Source: Eledone cirrhosa
Lineage: Eukaryota
Direction: 5' to 3'
DNA length: 64,000 nucleotides
Assembly: GCA_964016885.1 (NCBI GenBank)
Contig: OZ024742.1
Location: forward strand, 20,770,001-20,834,000
A program made the position numbers and the translations under genes. The notes under the pieces were generated by a model. It did no database searches. It worked only from the letters and a program-made list of their open reading frames with translations, and was not told where the DNA came from. This document shows, one piece after another, positions 28,446 through 40,565 of this stretch; position 1 is the first letter of the stretch, and each line of letters begins with the position of its first letter.

Positions 28446-31400
28446 AGTTGCATTTATCTTGCTTTATTTTCATACGAGTTATCACCAAGTCACAACCAGT
28501 GACCTCAAGAGACAACAAGGTCCGCCATGTTCAAGAAAGAACATACATATTCACACATGCATCTTTAGTGTTTAGACTTGTGATGTACTTATATTGACAG
28601 AATCTTCCTTAGTATATGGGCAGTTCCCATTAGTACTATCTTTTGTATTTCTCCTATACGCGGGTTTCCTGGGATTTGCGATAAGTAATCATTAGACCCC
28701 TTAGGTATCATTCCCAGAGCGCCTACAACCACTGGTATTGTTTTAGTTCTCAATTTCCACATTTTTCCAATTTCTATCTCCAGGTCCTTATACTTGCTCA
28801 ATTTTTCAAATGTTTTTATAGATACATTCTTGTCTATTGGAACGGACATATCAATTAGCAGGCATACCCTCTTTTTAAAGTCCAACATTATATCAATTCT
28901 ATTTGCATCTATTTTTCGGTCTGTTTGGATGCTAAAGTTCCACAAGATTGAGATGTGATCTTTTTCAAGTATGGGAGGTGGTTGATGCCCCACCAATTCT
29001 TTTGATGGGGCAGGTCAAAATGCTTACACATTATCCAATGTATGTATTGTGCAGCTCTGTCATGCCTGTTTAGGTATTCGGTTGGAGCTATAGGACTGCA
29101 CATTGAAATTATATGGTCAATGGTCTCTGGTTGTTTTTTACATACACGGCATAATGGGCTGCATCCATTTTTTATTATGTTGGCTTGGTAATTTTTTGTT
29201 GGCAGACACTGATCTTGTGCTGATATAATCAGTCCTTCAGTCTCCGATTTCAGTCCAGAGGATGCCAACCACTGATGGGTTAACGTTTTGTCAACATCAG
29301 GATTGTTAGCTCGTTCTGGGTGTTTTCCATACAGAGGCTTTTCTTGCCATTTCTTAGCCAGTTTCTGTAGCAGTTCTTTCTTTGCAGTTACTTTTACCTG
29401 CTTTGCTTTTTCTGTGTTTTCCATTTCAGTAGTAAGTGGGACTTCTGAAATGTGTAGCCCATTACTGTATCTTTGTGCATCTTTTGTAATGGAGTATGAT
29501 CTTTTGATGCTTTCATGTTTCAAAACGAGTTTGATCATGTAGATAATCCATTTGTTGCAGTTTTCAACGCAATGTCTAACTGGATTAACCCACGTCCTCC
29601 TTCTTTCCTAGGGAGATATATTCTATCTGTATCTGCCTTAGGGTGATGCATTCTGTGCATGGTTAAGAATTTTCGAATGTTTGTATCGAGCCTACGGATC
29701 TCTGTGCTTGACCAGTTGATGACATTGTAACTGTAGGTTACTACTGGTATGGCAAGCGTGTTTATGGCATCGATCCTATTCCTTGCATTCAATTCCGTTC
29801 TTAAGATTGCTCTTACTCTGTGGTAACATTCCTTCCTTATCCTTTCCCTCATTGTCGAGTGCTTGATTCCGTCTCCTTCACAAATACCTAGATATTTGTA
29901 AGTTTCCTCTTGATCAACTGCTCTTATCACATTCCCTCGATCAAGATTAATGTCTGAACTCTTCAGGAGCTTTCCTCTGGTGAACGTTGCTTTGGCGCAT
30001 TTATCTAGTCCAAACTCCATTTTAATGTCATCACTGAACTGCTCCACAGTGGATAATAGCCGTTGCAATTGTTCATCATTTGTTGCAAATAGTTTCAGGT
30101 CATCCATGTAGAACAAGTGATTAATGGTTTTGTCATAGACTTTATATCCATGTTTTGTTTCATTGAGCATTTTACTTAATGGTATAAGCGCGATGGAGCA
30201 TAAAAGCGGTGATAAAGAGTCAGCCTGAAAAATTCCACAATTAATATTAACTTTTCCAGCTTCCAGTGATTTTGTTTCACTATTCAAAAGGAGTGTCGTT
30301 TTCCATGTCTTCATACTGAATGACAAAAACCTAAGCATTTTTCAATCCAACTGTGTGGCAAATTATCGAATGCTTTTTTATAATCTATCCAAGCAATTGA
30401 TAGATTTTTGTGTCTATTATGACAATCTTCCAGTATCATTTTGTTAACCAAACGCTGATCCTTACAGCCATATGAGCCTCGTTTACACCCTTTCTGCTCA
30501 ATGGGAAATAGGTCATTTGTTATCAGGTGGTCATATGTATATTCAGTTAGGACTGATGTTAAAATTTTATACATTGTGGTCAAGCAAGTTATCGGTCTGT
30601 AATTTTTGGGATTGTTTGTCTCATCATTCTTCGGAAGCAGGAATGTAATGCCGTTAACTAGCCATGATGGTATCTTTTCTGGCTCCTTAACTATTTCATT
30701 GTAAAGTTGGGCTAACAGCTCATGAGACTCTGTGAAGGCATTTATCCAAAAATTTTGTATTTTGTTTTTCCTAGGGATTTCCATTAGCTGGTTTTTCTTA
30801 GAGCCAAATGAAAATTTCAACTGTTATATTTTCCCATATTTGTTCCTCAAGGTGAGCTGTATCTTTCATGTGTCTGTCTATCCATGGGGCATGTATATTA
30901 TGTACTTTTTCTTTGGCCCAGATCTTTTCCCAGAATTCTTGCACTTCCTCCTTGGGTGGTATTGATTTAGCAGTTATTGTTGACTTACCAATTTTTCTGT
31001 AGAAGTTTCTTTGGTTGGTTTTGAACATATTATTGTCCTTATAGAATCTAGATCGTTTTTCAAAGCGCCTTATACGAGCAGCTTTGGCCGACACTTTTTG
31101 CTTGATTATTTCTATCAGCATACCTATGTCACTTGTTGGTTTTATACTGTACTTTCTTTTCAATTTTCTAAGTTTAGTTTGTTTAACATGTTCACCTACT
31201 TTATAGTTTTTTAACATTTCTATGTCAGATCGGAGAAGGTTTATTGGCGATTGATGTTCTCTTGCCAAGTAGATTTCTTGTGGGAATTCCTTTGTTTTTT
31301 TCATCTTCACTCCACATAAGTTAGTGGTGACTTTAGCCGATGCATAATAGAGATGATTTAAATCAGTAATGTTTAGTTTGTTTGTGATGATAATGTTTTT

Positions 31401-32340
31401 GAGAATTATGTTAGTCTTGTGTATTATCTTTTGGTTCTGTTTGGAGTTCTGGATCTTAGGGAGGGTGTCTCGTTCCCCCATGTCAGATTCTTTCATTTTC
31501 ATCCATTCGATCATAATTTCATCCTTCAAGTTGGCAAGTTCATTCTCATTCATTTCTTTATCATTTACGATCTCATTGTTTTCATTTGGAATTTCATCTT
31601 GAGCATGCACTCCCTCCACTTTTCCGATCCTTTCTTTAATTTGTTCTGTTGTCAGTGATTCCGCCCCAACCCTGGGATTCGAAGTGTTACAATTTACCTC
31701 GTTTTCACTGACACATGTTTCATTTTCCCTTCGCTGACTTTGTGCTAATAGCTTGATCTGATCAATTTCTATATCAATTAGTAACTTATTTTTTACAATA
31801 TTTCTTCGTATATTGGCTAGTTTCTAACTGTCAATATAGCCTCTGTTTTCGGGATGTTTCTTTTTCCAGTTGATATATGTCTGTTCTGTATTCGATGTAT
31901 TTGATGGGTAGTACATGGCAGTGTAGAAAGCCTCAAGGACTTCTTTATTATCTTCCCTTGACCATTTTTCTCTCCTTTTCTTTGGATTTCTTGGTGGTGA
32001 GCATGGAGGGCCAACAGTAGGAGTATTCCGGTTATGGGAGGTCTCCAGCTCCGAAGTGATGGGAAGGTTTGAACCACTAGCTGATTTTTCGACCCCAGTC
32101 TGGTTCCTCTCTGAGGGACGCGGCCCTTTTTTACCCGGGTGACGGCCGATCCGGTATGAGATTTTATCATTAGACATTTACTTTATTTTGTCGCGTTTTA
32201 TCCTTATCCGCCAAGGGGTAATCATTTTTTGTTACCACTTCTAGAACGTGTGTCAACCAAGACTAGAGGGGTCGTTCTCCCCTAGAGACACGGCTATTCC
32301 CCGCCGGCCGCCATCCCTGTATTTCTTGGTCACGGGGTTT
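28380..32340 (-). mobile_element. R4/Dong-clade element, family B copy 2, near full-length, disrupted
   Basis: ORFs 31824-32177, 30798-31619, 30311-30820, 29535-30338, 28909-29538 and 28589-28996 carry the RT (YMDD), the CCHC knuckle and the RLE. Long (AAT)n tail at 28380-28443. Confidence 0.93.
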
Positions 32341-32359
32341 TCTTTTTTGTTGTTTTTTT

Positions 32360-32950
32360 TTTAAATTGTTATTATCTCGAGTGGTTCCTTAATGTGAGCA
32401 TTGCGTGGCTTAAGAATGAAATTATTAATAATTGTCTCCACTCCAGGCACAAGGCCAGCAATTACCCAGTGCATTACAATAATATAATATACTTTTTGCT
32501 GAAGTTGCCTGTTATTGTTGTTGGCTATGTCGGTGGTGGTGCTGGGCCTTTTTATATTGTTGGTGGGGAAGGGGGGAGCCAGCAGTGCCATAGTTGTTGA
32601 CGTTTGGCCGGTGGCCGGGTCACTAAGTCAATCGATTTATACCTTTTTCTAGCCTCTCCCTTGTCTAGTGATACCGCCACCTTCTCCTTTCTTAAGTTAA
32701 CAGAAGGTTATGGGGAATAGTGGTGGTCGCAATGAAGGAGTGGTGGTGGCGGTGATGGGATAGTGGTAGCAATGATGGATGGAGTGGTGGCGGCGGTGGC
32801 GTTGTCGTTACTGAGTCTTGTTGAATAGACAGTAGTATCTATGCGTTTTTAGTATCTATGCGTTTGTGTCGCGTTTGTTTAATATATGTGTTGACATATT
32901 CCCTTAATATTGGAATTAAACATTTTGTTAAAACTTGAGACAATAATAAT
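32360..32950 (-). repeat. Dispersed non-coding module, copy 3, upstream of Dong-B copy 2
   Basis: Reverse complement aligns with 10010-10525. Confidence 0.8.
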
Positions 32951-33546
32951 AGTAATTATTATTATGATGCTGGGATTGGTGGTGGTGGTGGTGAAATTGC
33001 CGTTATCAGGCTGTTGTATTTAGTGTACACAACGGGGTGATGGGATAGGTGGTGTATCTAGTTTCTGGAGTTGGTGAAATTGCTGTTATTTGGCTGTTCT
33101 ATATAGTGTAGACAGAGGGGGTTTTCTTCCATTTATAACCATTTTCTTTTTTGAACATAAAATGTATAATACAAAATTGAATATTTGAGCGATATAACAA
33201 TATATTATGGATCCGAATTTTTATGATGCTTGATTCGGTGCTTTATGCATCATTTGTACTAAGAATTGTTATTTCACAATTGAATTAAATATGTTAAAAA
33301 TCAAAAACTTACGGGAGCGATTTCATGACCTTCTACCACCACGTGCGTCTTCTTCCCTTATTCTTCTTCTTTTGGCAGTATCGGTAGAGGGTCGGACGCC
33401 ATGCTTTCCAGCATAGTTACGTCCCTTTTCGATCTGATTTCAAATCCCGCCGAGGTTGACTTTGCCTTTCATCCTTACGGGGTCGATAAAATAAAGTACC
33501 AGTAATGCACTGGATATTTGCTGGCCTTGTGCCTAACGTAGAAACA

Positions 33547-33628
<82 letters not shown>

Positions 33629-33629
33629 A

Positions 33630-33663
<34 letters not shown>

Positions 33664-34123
33664 TGTTGTTGTTACTGTTGACGTTGGTATTATGGTTGTC
33701 GTCTCTATTCTGTGGATAAACGGTTGATCTTTCCTGTGGATGACATTTATTTATCCGGCATTTTCTTTCAAAACAAAATTGTGAGGAAGTTTATTTGCAA
33801 ATTAATCGTATATTTTACTAATAAGTACTGAAAATATGGGAAACCCGACCGATTACTTCGGATTCCGGTCGCTGTAGTCATGAAAACAATATATAATTCC
33901 TGTAAATCCGTTTGAGAACAAAGACAATATACAGAATGAGAACAAACACAGTGTACGGAACGATTTCTAAATATGTTATGACGAGACGCGAAACAAATGA
34001 TAATAATAATAATAATAATAATTGTTTCTACTTTAGGCACAAGGCCAGCAATTACCCAGTGCATTACTGGTACTTTATTGTATCGACCCTGTAAGGATGA
34101 AAGGCAAAGTTAACCTCGGCGGG

Positions 34124-34196
<73 letters not shown>

Positions 34197-34237
34197 TAAT
34201 AATAATATATCCACACACACACATATGTATGTATATC

Positions 34238-34304
<67 letters not shown>

Positions 34305-34329
34305 ACACGCACACACACATATATATATA

Positions 34330-34478
34330 TATATACATATATATATAGAGGAAAAATGCATGACCCCGACGACAGAGCTCAAGCCGTTTCGACGGTATTT
34401 CTGGACAATTTCCCACTCTACTACCCTAAGTATTTAGCACTCTGGTGCGTTATGGTCCATCTGGTTCCTTACCACAAT
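34330..34478 (-). repeat. ~150-bp (TA)n-flanked dispersed repeat (second copy ~38998-39137 +)
   Basis: Shared tgtggtaag..ataacgcaccaga..atacttagggtag..gtcgaaacgg..cgtcggggtc..tttttcct. Confidence 0.7.
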
Positions 34479-34575
34479 TCCTTTGTTATATATATATATA
34501 TATATGTGCTTATAAGTTTTTGTAATTGATTGGTATATTGACACATCATTTTCTATCAGAACACACACACACATG

Positions 34576-34619
<44 letters not shown>

Positions 34620-34620
34620 A

Positions 34621-34669
<49 letters not shown>

Positions 34670-35331
34670 AATATGTGTGTGTCTGTGTATATGTGTGGGT
34701 ATACCTATTTACCTACCCATATACATACATACTTATATATATACATTTAATTATGTATATATCATATGATATATGGAGAAATGATAGCATTTCACGCCAA
34801 AGTCTCATATTTTCACCAAAGCACCAACAAAAAGCAGAACACAACTAAATTTAAGACTGCATCATTTATATCATACACATTCGAATATCAAATGGGGAAT
34901 CTGAGAGTATTTATATATTTTATAGCTGTTGCAATGAGAAATAACAATGCACCAGATTTCCTTAAATACATTTTTTTTAAATTCTGTTTTTTCGTTAGTT
35001 TGCTAGGCTCTGCAATTCGGATATTTTATCTTCTGTTACATAAAATAGGCCAAATGAATATGATGTTTCTGGTATTGATTTTCCTCTAACGTACTATCAC
35101 CTGTTTAACACTGTGGTTGTATTTAATCCACCTGCTAGCGGGATATATAATTTATAATTGAAATTCCCAGATCAAAAGGGGAAATCTAACACATAGTTTA
35201 CCTCTAAAAAAGCAGCATAAGGAAAAGTAGAAATTAAATATTAAAATCTCGAAGTTATATATCTATATTATTAATGTCCACCTTCAAAAAATGGCGGTTA
35301 TGAATTGTTCATATATCCAACTATATGTATG

Positions 35332-35363
<32 letters not shown>

Positions 35364-35406
35364 CGTACATATAGTGGGATATATGAAAAAAAATATATAT
35401 ATATAC

Positions 35407-35457
<51 letters not shown>

Positions 35458-35469
35458 CACATATATACA

Positions 35470-35557
<88 letters not shown>

Positions 35558-35559
<2 letters not shown>

Positions 35560-35883
35560 TAAGTTAAAGATGTACATCCATATATGTATACTGAAATACT
35601 AGTATGTATATGAATACACACACGTATACATATGTAGATGTACCAAGTTTTTTCACTGGTCACTTTACTGTGAGTGGCCAGCTATTCTGTATGTAAACAC
35701 ACAGACAAACCGGTTTTTAGAGTCATACTGGTTTGTCTGTGTGTTTACATACAGAATAGCTGGCCACTCACAGTAAAGTGACCAGTGAAAAAACTTGGTA
35801 CATCTACATATGTATACGTGTGTGTATTCATATACATACTAGTATTTCAGTATACATATATGGATGTACATCTTTAACTTAAT
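35558..35883. repeat. Perfect palindrome, 154-bp arms, 18-bp spacer
   Basis: 35558-35711 is the reverse complement of 35730-35883. Confidence 0.95.
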
Positions 35884-35961
35884 TGTTTAAGCGTCAGTCA
35901 TACAAAAGTGAGTTACAAACGAAACGAAGTTTAATTTCGTTTCGTTATTTGTTTTTATATA

Positions 35962-36008
<47 letters not shown>

Positions 36009-36023
36009 GGATATGCTTCACAT

Positions 36024-36070
<47 letters not shown>

Positions 36071-36269
36071 GTGTGTGTGTGTTAGTAGTATAATATAATG
36101 TGAAATATATGATGAACCTCACTTTCTGTCTATTTAAGAGAGTTGTATATGATGGCGTTTTTGTATGGCAGAAGAGGAGTATGGAAATATATACCAGGTA
36201 ATATACCATGTTAATAAATAAAGCTGACATACACACACCACACACACGTATATTCATATATACATATAT

Positions 36270-36316
<47 letters not shown>

Positions 36317-36550
36317 TATGCATGTATACGTACATACATATATGTATACAGACGTACAGTAGCATGCACATATATATATATATATACATATATACATACA
36401 TATGCATACAGGTACACATACATATATGCACGTATCAGTTTAGCGGCGCTAACGTCGCTTTGTTCGTTTGTAACCAAACTGAACAGCCTGAATTTATGCC
36501 ATACGGTGTTAAGGCAACCACGTCACCTTTTTGTTCAACACTGACACAGG

Positions 36551-36595
36551 AACGATGTACTAGTTTCAAGCTTGTTAGCTATCATCAGCACCGTT
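36551..36595 (-). ncRNA. Type I hammerhead ribozyme, inverted unit
   Basis: Reverse complement of the 36929-36973 motif. Confidence 0.75.
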
Positions 36596-36928
36596 TACCC
36601 ATCTGCCAGATAGTTGAACGTTCGAAAGTATATACTTTCCTTATGAAAATTAACGGCTGAGCAGCCTAATTTGCATATATATATATATGTGCATGCTACT
36701 GTACGTCTGTATACATATATGTATGTACGTATACATGCATACTTACATTTAAGTAAGTGCCATACTAAGAGTGAGAAATGAAATTTCGTTTTCATTTTGT
36801 TTCAATTTATCGTTTTCGGTATGCCTGACCGATTTAACTCACTCAATATGCAAATTAGGCTGCTCAGCCGTTAATTTTCATAAGGAAACTATATACTTTC
36901 GAACGTTCAACTATCTGGCAGATGGGTA

Positions 36929-36973
36929 AACGGTGCTGATGATAGCTAACAAGCTTGAAACTAGTACATCGTT
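36929..36973 (+). ncRNA. Type I hammerhead ribozyme, unit 1
   Basis: AACGGUG-CUGAUGA-U-AGCU-aaca-AGCU-U-GAAA-CUAG-UA-CAUCGUU. Stem I 7 bp, stem II 4 bp, palindromic stem III (ACUAGU), GUA cleavage triplet ending at 36966. Confidence 0.8.
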
Positions 36974-37394
36974 CCTGTGTCAGTGTTGAACAAAAAGGTG
37001 ACGTGGTTGCCTTAACACCGTATGGCATAAATTCAGGCTGTTCAGTTTGTTTACAAACGAACAAAGCGACGTTAGCGCCGCTAAACTGATACGTGCATAT
37101 ATGTATGTGTACCTGTATGCATATGTATGTATATATGTATATATATATATATATGTGCATGCTACTGTACGTCTGTATACATATATGTATGTACGTATAC
37201 ATGCATACTTACATTTAAGTAAGTGCCATACTAAGAGTGAGAAATGAAATTTCGTTTTCATTTTGTTTCAATTTATCGTTTTCGGTATGCCTGACCGATT
37301 TAACTCACTCAATATGCAAATTAGGCTGCTCAGCCGTTAATTTTCATAAGGAAAGTATATACTTTCGAACGTTCAACTATCTGGCAGATGGGTA

Positions 37395-37439
37395 AACGGT
37401 GCTGATGATAGCTAACAAGCTTGAAACTAGTACATCGTT
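37395..37439 (+). ncRNA. Type I hammerhead ribozyme, unit 2
   Basis: Identical to 36929-36973. Confidence 0.8.
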
Positions 37440-37860
37440 CCTGTGTCAGTGTTGAACAAAAAGGTGACGTGGTTGCCTTAACACCGTATGGCATAAATTC
37501 AGGCTGTTCAGTTTGTTTACAAACGAACAAAGCGACGTTAGCGCCGCTAAACTGATACGTGCATATATGTATGTGTACCTGTATGCATATGTATGTATAT
37601 ATGTATATATATATATATATGTGCATGCTACTGTACGTCTGTATACATATATGTATGTACGTATACATGCATACTTACATTTAAGTAAGTGCCATACTAA
37701 GAGTGAGAAATGAAATTTCGTTTTCATTTTGTTTCAATTTATCGTTTTCGGTATGCCTGACCGATTTAACTCACTCAATATGCAAATTAGGCTGCTCAGC
37801 CGTTAATTTTCATAAGGAAAGTATATACTTTCGAACGTTCAACTATCTGGCAGATGGGTA

Positions 37861-37905
37861 AACGGTGCTGATGATAGCTAACAAGCTTGAAACTAGTACA
37901 TCGTT
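37861..37905 (+). ncRNA. Type I hammerhead ribozyme, unit 3
   Basis: Identical to 36929-36973. Confidence 0.8.
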
Positions 37906-38326
37906 CCTGTGTCAGTGTTGAACAAAAAGGTGACGTGGTTGCCTTAACACCGTATGGCATAAATTCAGGCTGTTCAGTTTGTTTACAAACGAACAAAGCG
38001 ACGTTAGCGCCGCTAAACTGATACGTGCATATATGTATGTGTACCTGTATGCATATGTATGTATATATGTATATATATATATATATGTGCATGCTACTGT
38101 ACGTCTGTATACATATATGTATGTACGTATACATGCATACTTACATTTAAGTAAGTGCCATACTAAGAGTGAGAAATGAAATTTCGTTTTCATTTTGTTT
38201 CAATTTATCGTTTTCGGTATGCCTGACCGATTTAACTCACTCAATATGCAAATTAGGCTGCTCAGCCGTTAATTTTCATAAGGAAAGTATATACTTTCGA
38301 ACGTTCAACTATCTGGCAGATGGGTA

Positions 38327-38371
38327 AACGGTGCTGATGATAGCTAGCAAGCTTGAAACTAGTACATCGTT
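38327..38371 (+). ncRNA. Type I hammerhead ribozyme, unit 4
   Basis: Same motif; the only change is in loop II (aaca to agca). Confidence 0.8.
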
Positions 38372-38666
38372 CCTGTGTCAGTGTTGAACAAAAAGGTGAC
38401 GTGGTTGCCTTAACACCGTATGGCATAAATTCAGGCTGTTCAGTTTGTTTACAAACGAACAAAGCGACGTTAGCGCCGCTAAACTGATACGTGCATATAT
38501 GTATGTGTACCTGTATGCATATGTATGTATATATGTATATATATATATATATGTGCATGCTACTGTACGTCTGTATACATATATGTATGTACGTATACAT
38601 GCATACTTACATTTAAGTAAGTGCCATACTAAGAGTGAGAAATGAAATTTCGTTTTCATTTTGTTT

Positions 38667-38722
<56 letters not shown>

Positions 38723-38783
38723 ACAGAACACAAAACGATAAGTTCTTGTTTTGAATATGTCACTATCTGTAAAACAACTTTTA

Positions 38784-38845
38784 TATTTTATCTGATGAGT
38801 GCGTACCAAAAATGTTGGTACCCTTGAAATATATATAATAAAATA
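38784..38845 (+). ncRNA. Type I hammerhead ribozyme, second family (also at 47.2-47.5 kb)
   Basis: UAUUUUAU-CUGAUGA-gugc-GUACCAA-aaaug-UUGGUAC-ccuu-GAAA-UAUAUA-UA-AUAAAAUA. Confidence 0.7.
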
Positions 38846-38947
38846 AATATGGTTTTATAAAGTTAGTTTCCATTTATTAATATTATATATATCTATATAT
38901 CTCTATATATATGTCTATATCTATATCTATCTATCTATCTATATATC

Positions 38948-38978
<31 letters not shown>

Positions 38979-39229
38979 GAATGTGTGGTAAGATACTATG
39001 TGGTAAGATACCATTTAGACTATAACGCACCAGAATTCTCGATACTTAGGGTAGCAGAATAGGTAATAGGAAAATATTTCGGATCTAGTTGTCGAAACGG
39101 GCGGAGCCTAGCCGTCGGGGTCCTGACTCTTTTTCCTATATATATATAGTTTCATGGTTTGTAATGTTATGTTTCTTTTGCTTCACGAAGGTTGAGCACA
39201 CATTCCTACGTGGTCCGGTTAAGTATGTG

Positions 39230-39309
<80 letters not shown>

Positions 39310-39361
39310 TATTATCAAATAACAGGAGGCTGGACTGGTGTAATTCCTTGAAAGGTCTATT

Positions 39362-39418
39362 ATACTATGATCATTTCAATGACCGGGTTCAGATGAATCC
39401 GGTGACATCATCAGGTAT
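39362..39418 (-). ncRNA. Type I hammerhead ribozyme, third family (core-mutated copy at 40064-40121)
   Basis: AUAC-CUGAUGA-ugucACCGG..CCGGUcauu-GAAA-UGAUCA-UA-GUAU, inside a ~125-bp repeat (39319-39440, 40021-40142). Confidence 0.65.
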
Positions 39419-39508
39419 TTGAAATATAACAAAGAAATATAACCGACACAATCTCTGGGGCTGAAATCAGAGACATGAGGGCGACCGAACATTTAGCAGC
39501 TTCTACGC

Positions 39509-39549
<41 letters not shown>

Positions 39550-39601
39550 TTTATTTAAAAGTGTCGACGACAGTGTTGTAGCATATATACAAACGTTATT
39601 T

Positions 39602-39687
39602 GCATATTACAATTGTTTCGATATCAATCAGCTCAGGGAACAATCAAGGTTCCCGACTCCTCCTTTTCAACATGTCATCAGATATGC
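39602..39687 (-). ncRNA. Type I hammerhead ribozyme, fourth family, long stem II
   Basis: GCAUAU-CUGAUGA-(55 nt including GGGAAC/GUUCCC hairpin)-GAAA-CAAUUG-UA-AUAUGC. Confidence 0.65.
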
Positions 39688-39821
39688 GAGTTTATATGTA
39701 CAAACAAACATCTCAGCCGTTGACAGAGGTCCTTAGATCCATTTATATACACTTATTGGTGTGTTTATTGGGGTGGGTGGTAGGTTTTGGTTTAGAGGTT
39801 TGTATATACATACATATATAT

Positions 39822-39871
<50 letters not shown>

Positions 39872-40381
39872 TAAGGTTTGTTTGTTCACCACTGGATAGA
39901 ACTGGTCATTCCGTATGGTCAATCCTGGTGTAATATTGTGAAGAGTACTCAACGCAGTGCAGTTCACCCATCTTCATTTGTGTAGTTGGTGGTGCGAATA
40001 CGGAGTTAATTATAAATGAAATAACAGTAGGCTGGACTGGTGTAAATCCTTGAAATGTTTATTATACTATGATCATTTTAATGACCGGGTTCCATATGAA
40101 TCCGGTGATATCATCAGGTATTGGAATATAACAAAGGAATATGTAAAAAGCCATGGGGCCGAAATACCATGGGTTCGGGAAACCAGAGACAGAAAGGGCG
40201 GCTGACCAACAAGTTCACAGCCAGCCGCCCTCAAAGTGTTGGCAACCGGAAACTACCAGTGAGTATCTGGTAAGGGGGCGCAGGCCTATCATATACTACC
40301 ACCAACCACTCCGTCAAAGAAGAAGGGGAAGAAAGAAGGAAAGGGAGAAAGAAGTGTAGTGTAAGGGTCAAACTACATTCA

Positions 40382-40565
40382 TGTTAGAAAATGCCGGCAT
40401 TTTTTTTCGCGGCATTTTCTAACATATTGTCTGGTACCATATCGACTGGTAGTTCCTTGTCAAGCACTTTATTATTTAGCGCCTTATTGTTTGACACTGC
40501 ATTATGTGAAACCCTATTGTTTCGCCTTTCATTATCTGAAACCGTGTCGTGCATCATCCGAACTC
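40382..40565. repeat. Degenerate ~15-bp periodic array starting with a hairpin; possible DNA-transposon terminus
   Basis: gttagaaaatgcc..ggcattttctaac, then ttattgt/ttatt motifs at ~15-nt spacing. Confidence 0.4.

Larger units (their letters stand above)
36313..38670 (+). mobile_element. Retrozyme-like 466-bp tandem array (~4.3 direct units, 36679-38670) preceded by a partial inverted unit (36313-36678), inserted in (TA)n
   Basis: Exact 466-bp periodicity (repeated ORFs at 36864/37330/37796/38262), one HHR per unit and (TA)n on both sides. Confidence 0.85.

Noticed and set aside
36864-38659. Repeated 112/93/66-aa ORFs in the 466-bp array
   Set aside because: Largely translations of TA/CA-rich sequence with no domain; the repetition only reflects the tandem unit.
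36679-38670. CRISPR-like array (also considered for 55990-56520)
   Set aside because: No unique spacers, no cas genes, and a eukaryotic context.
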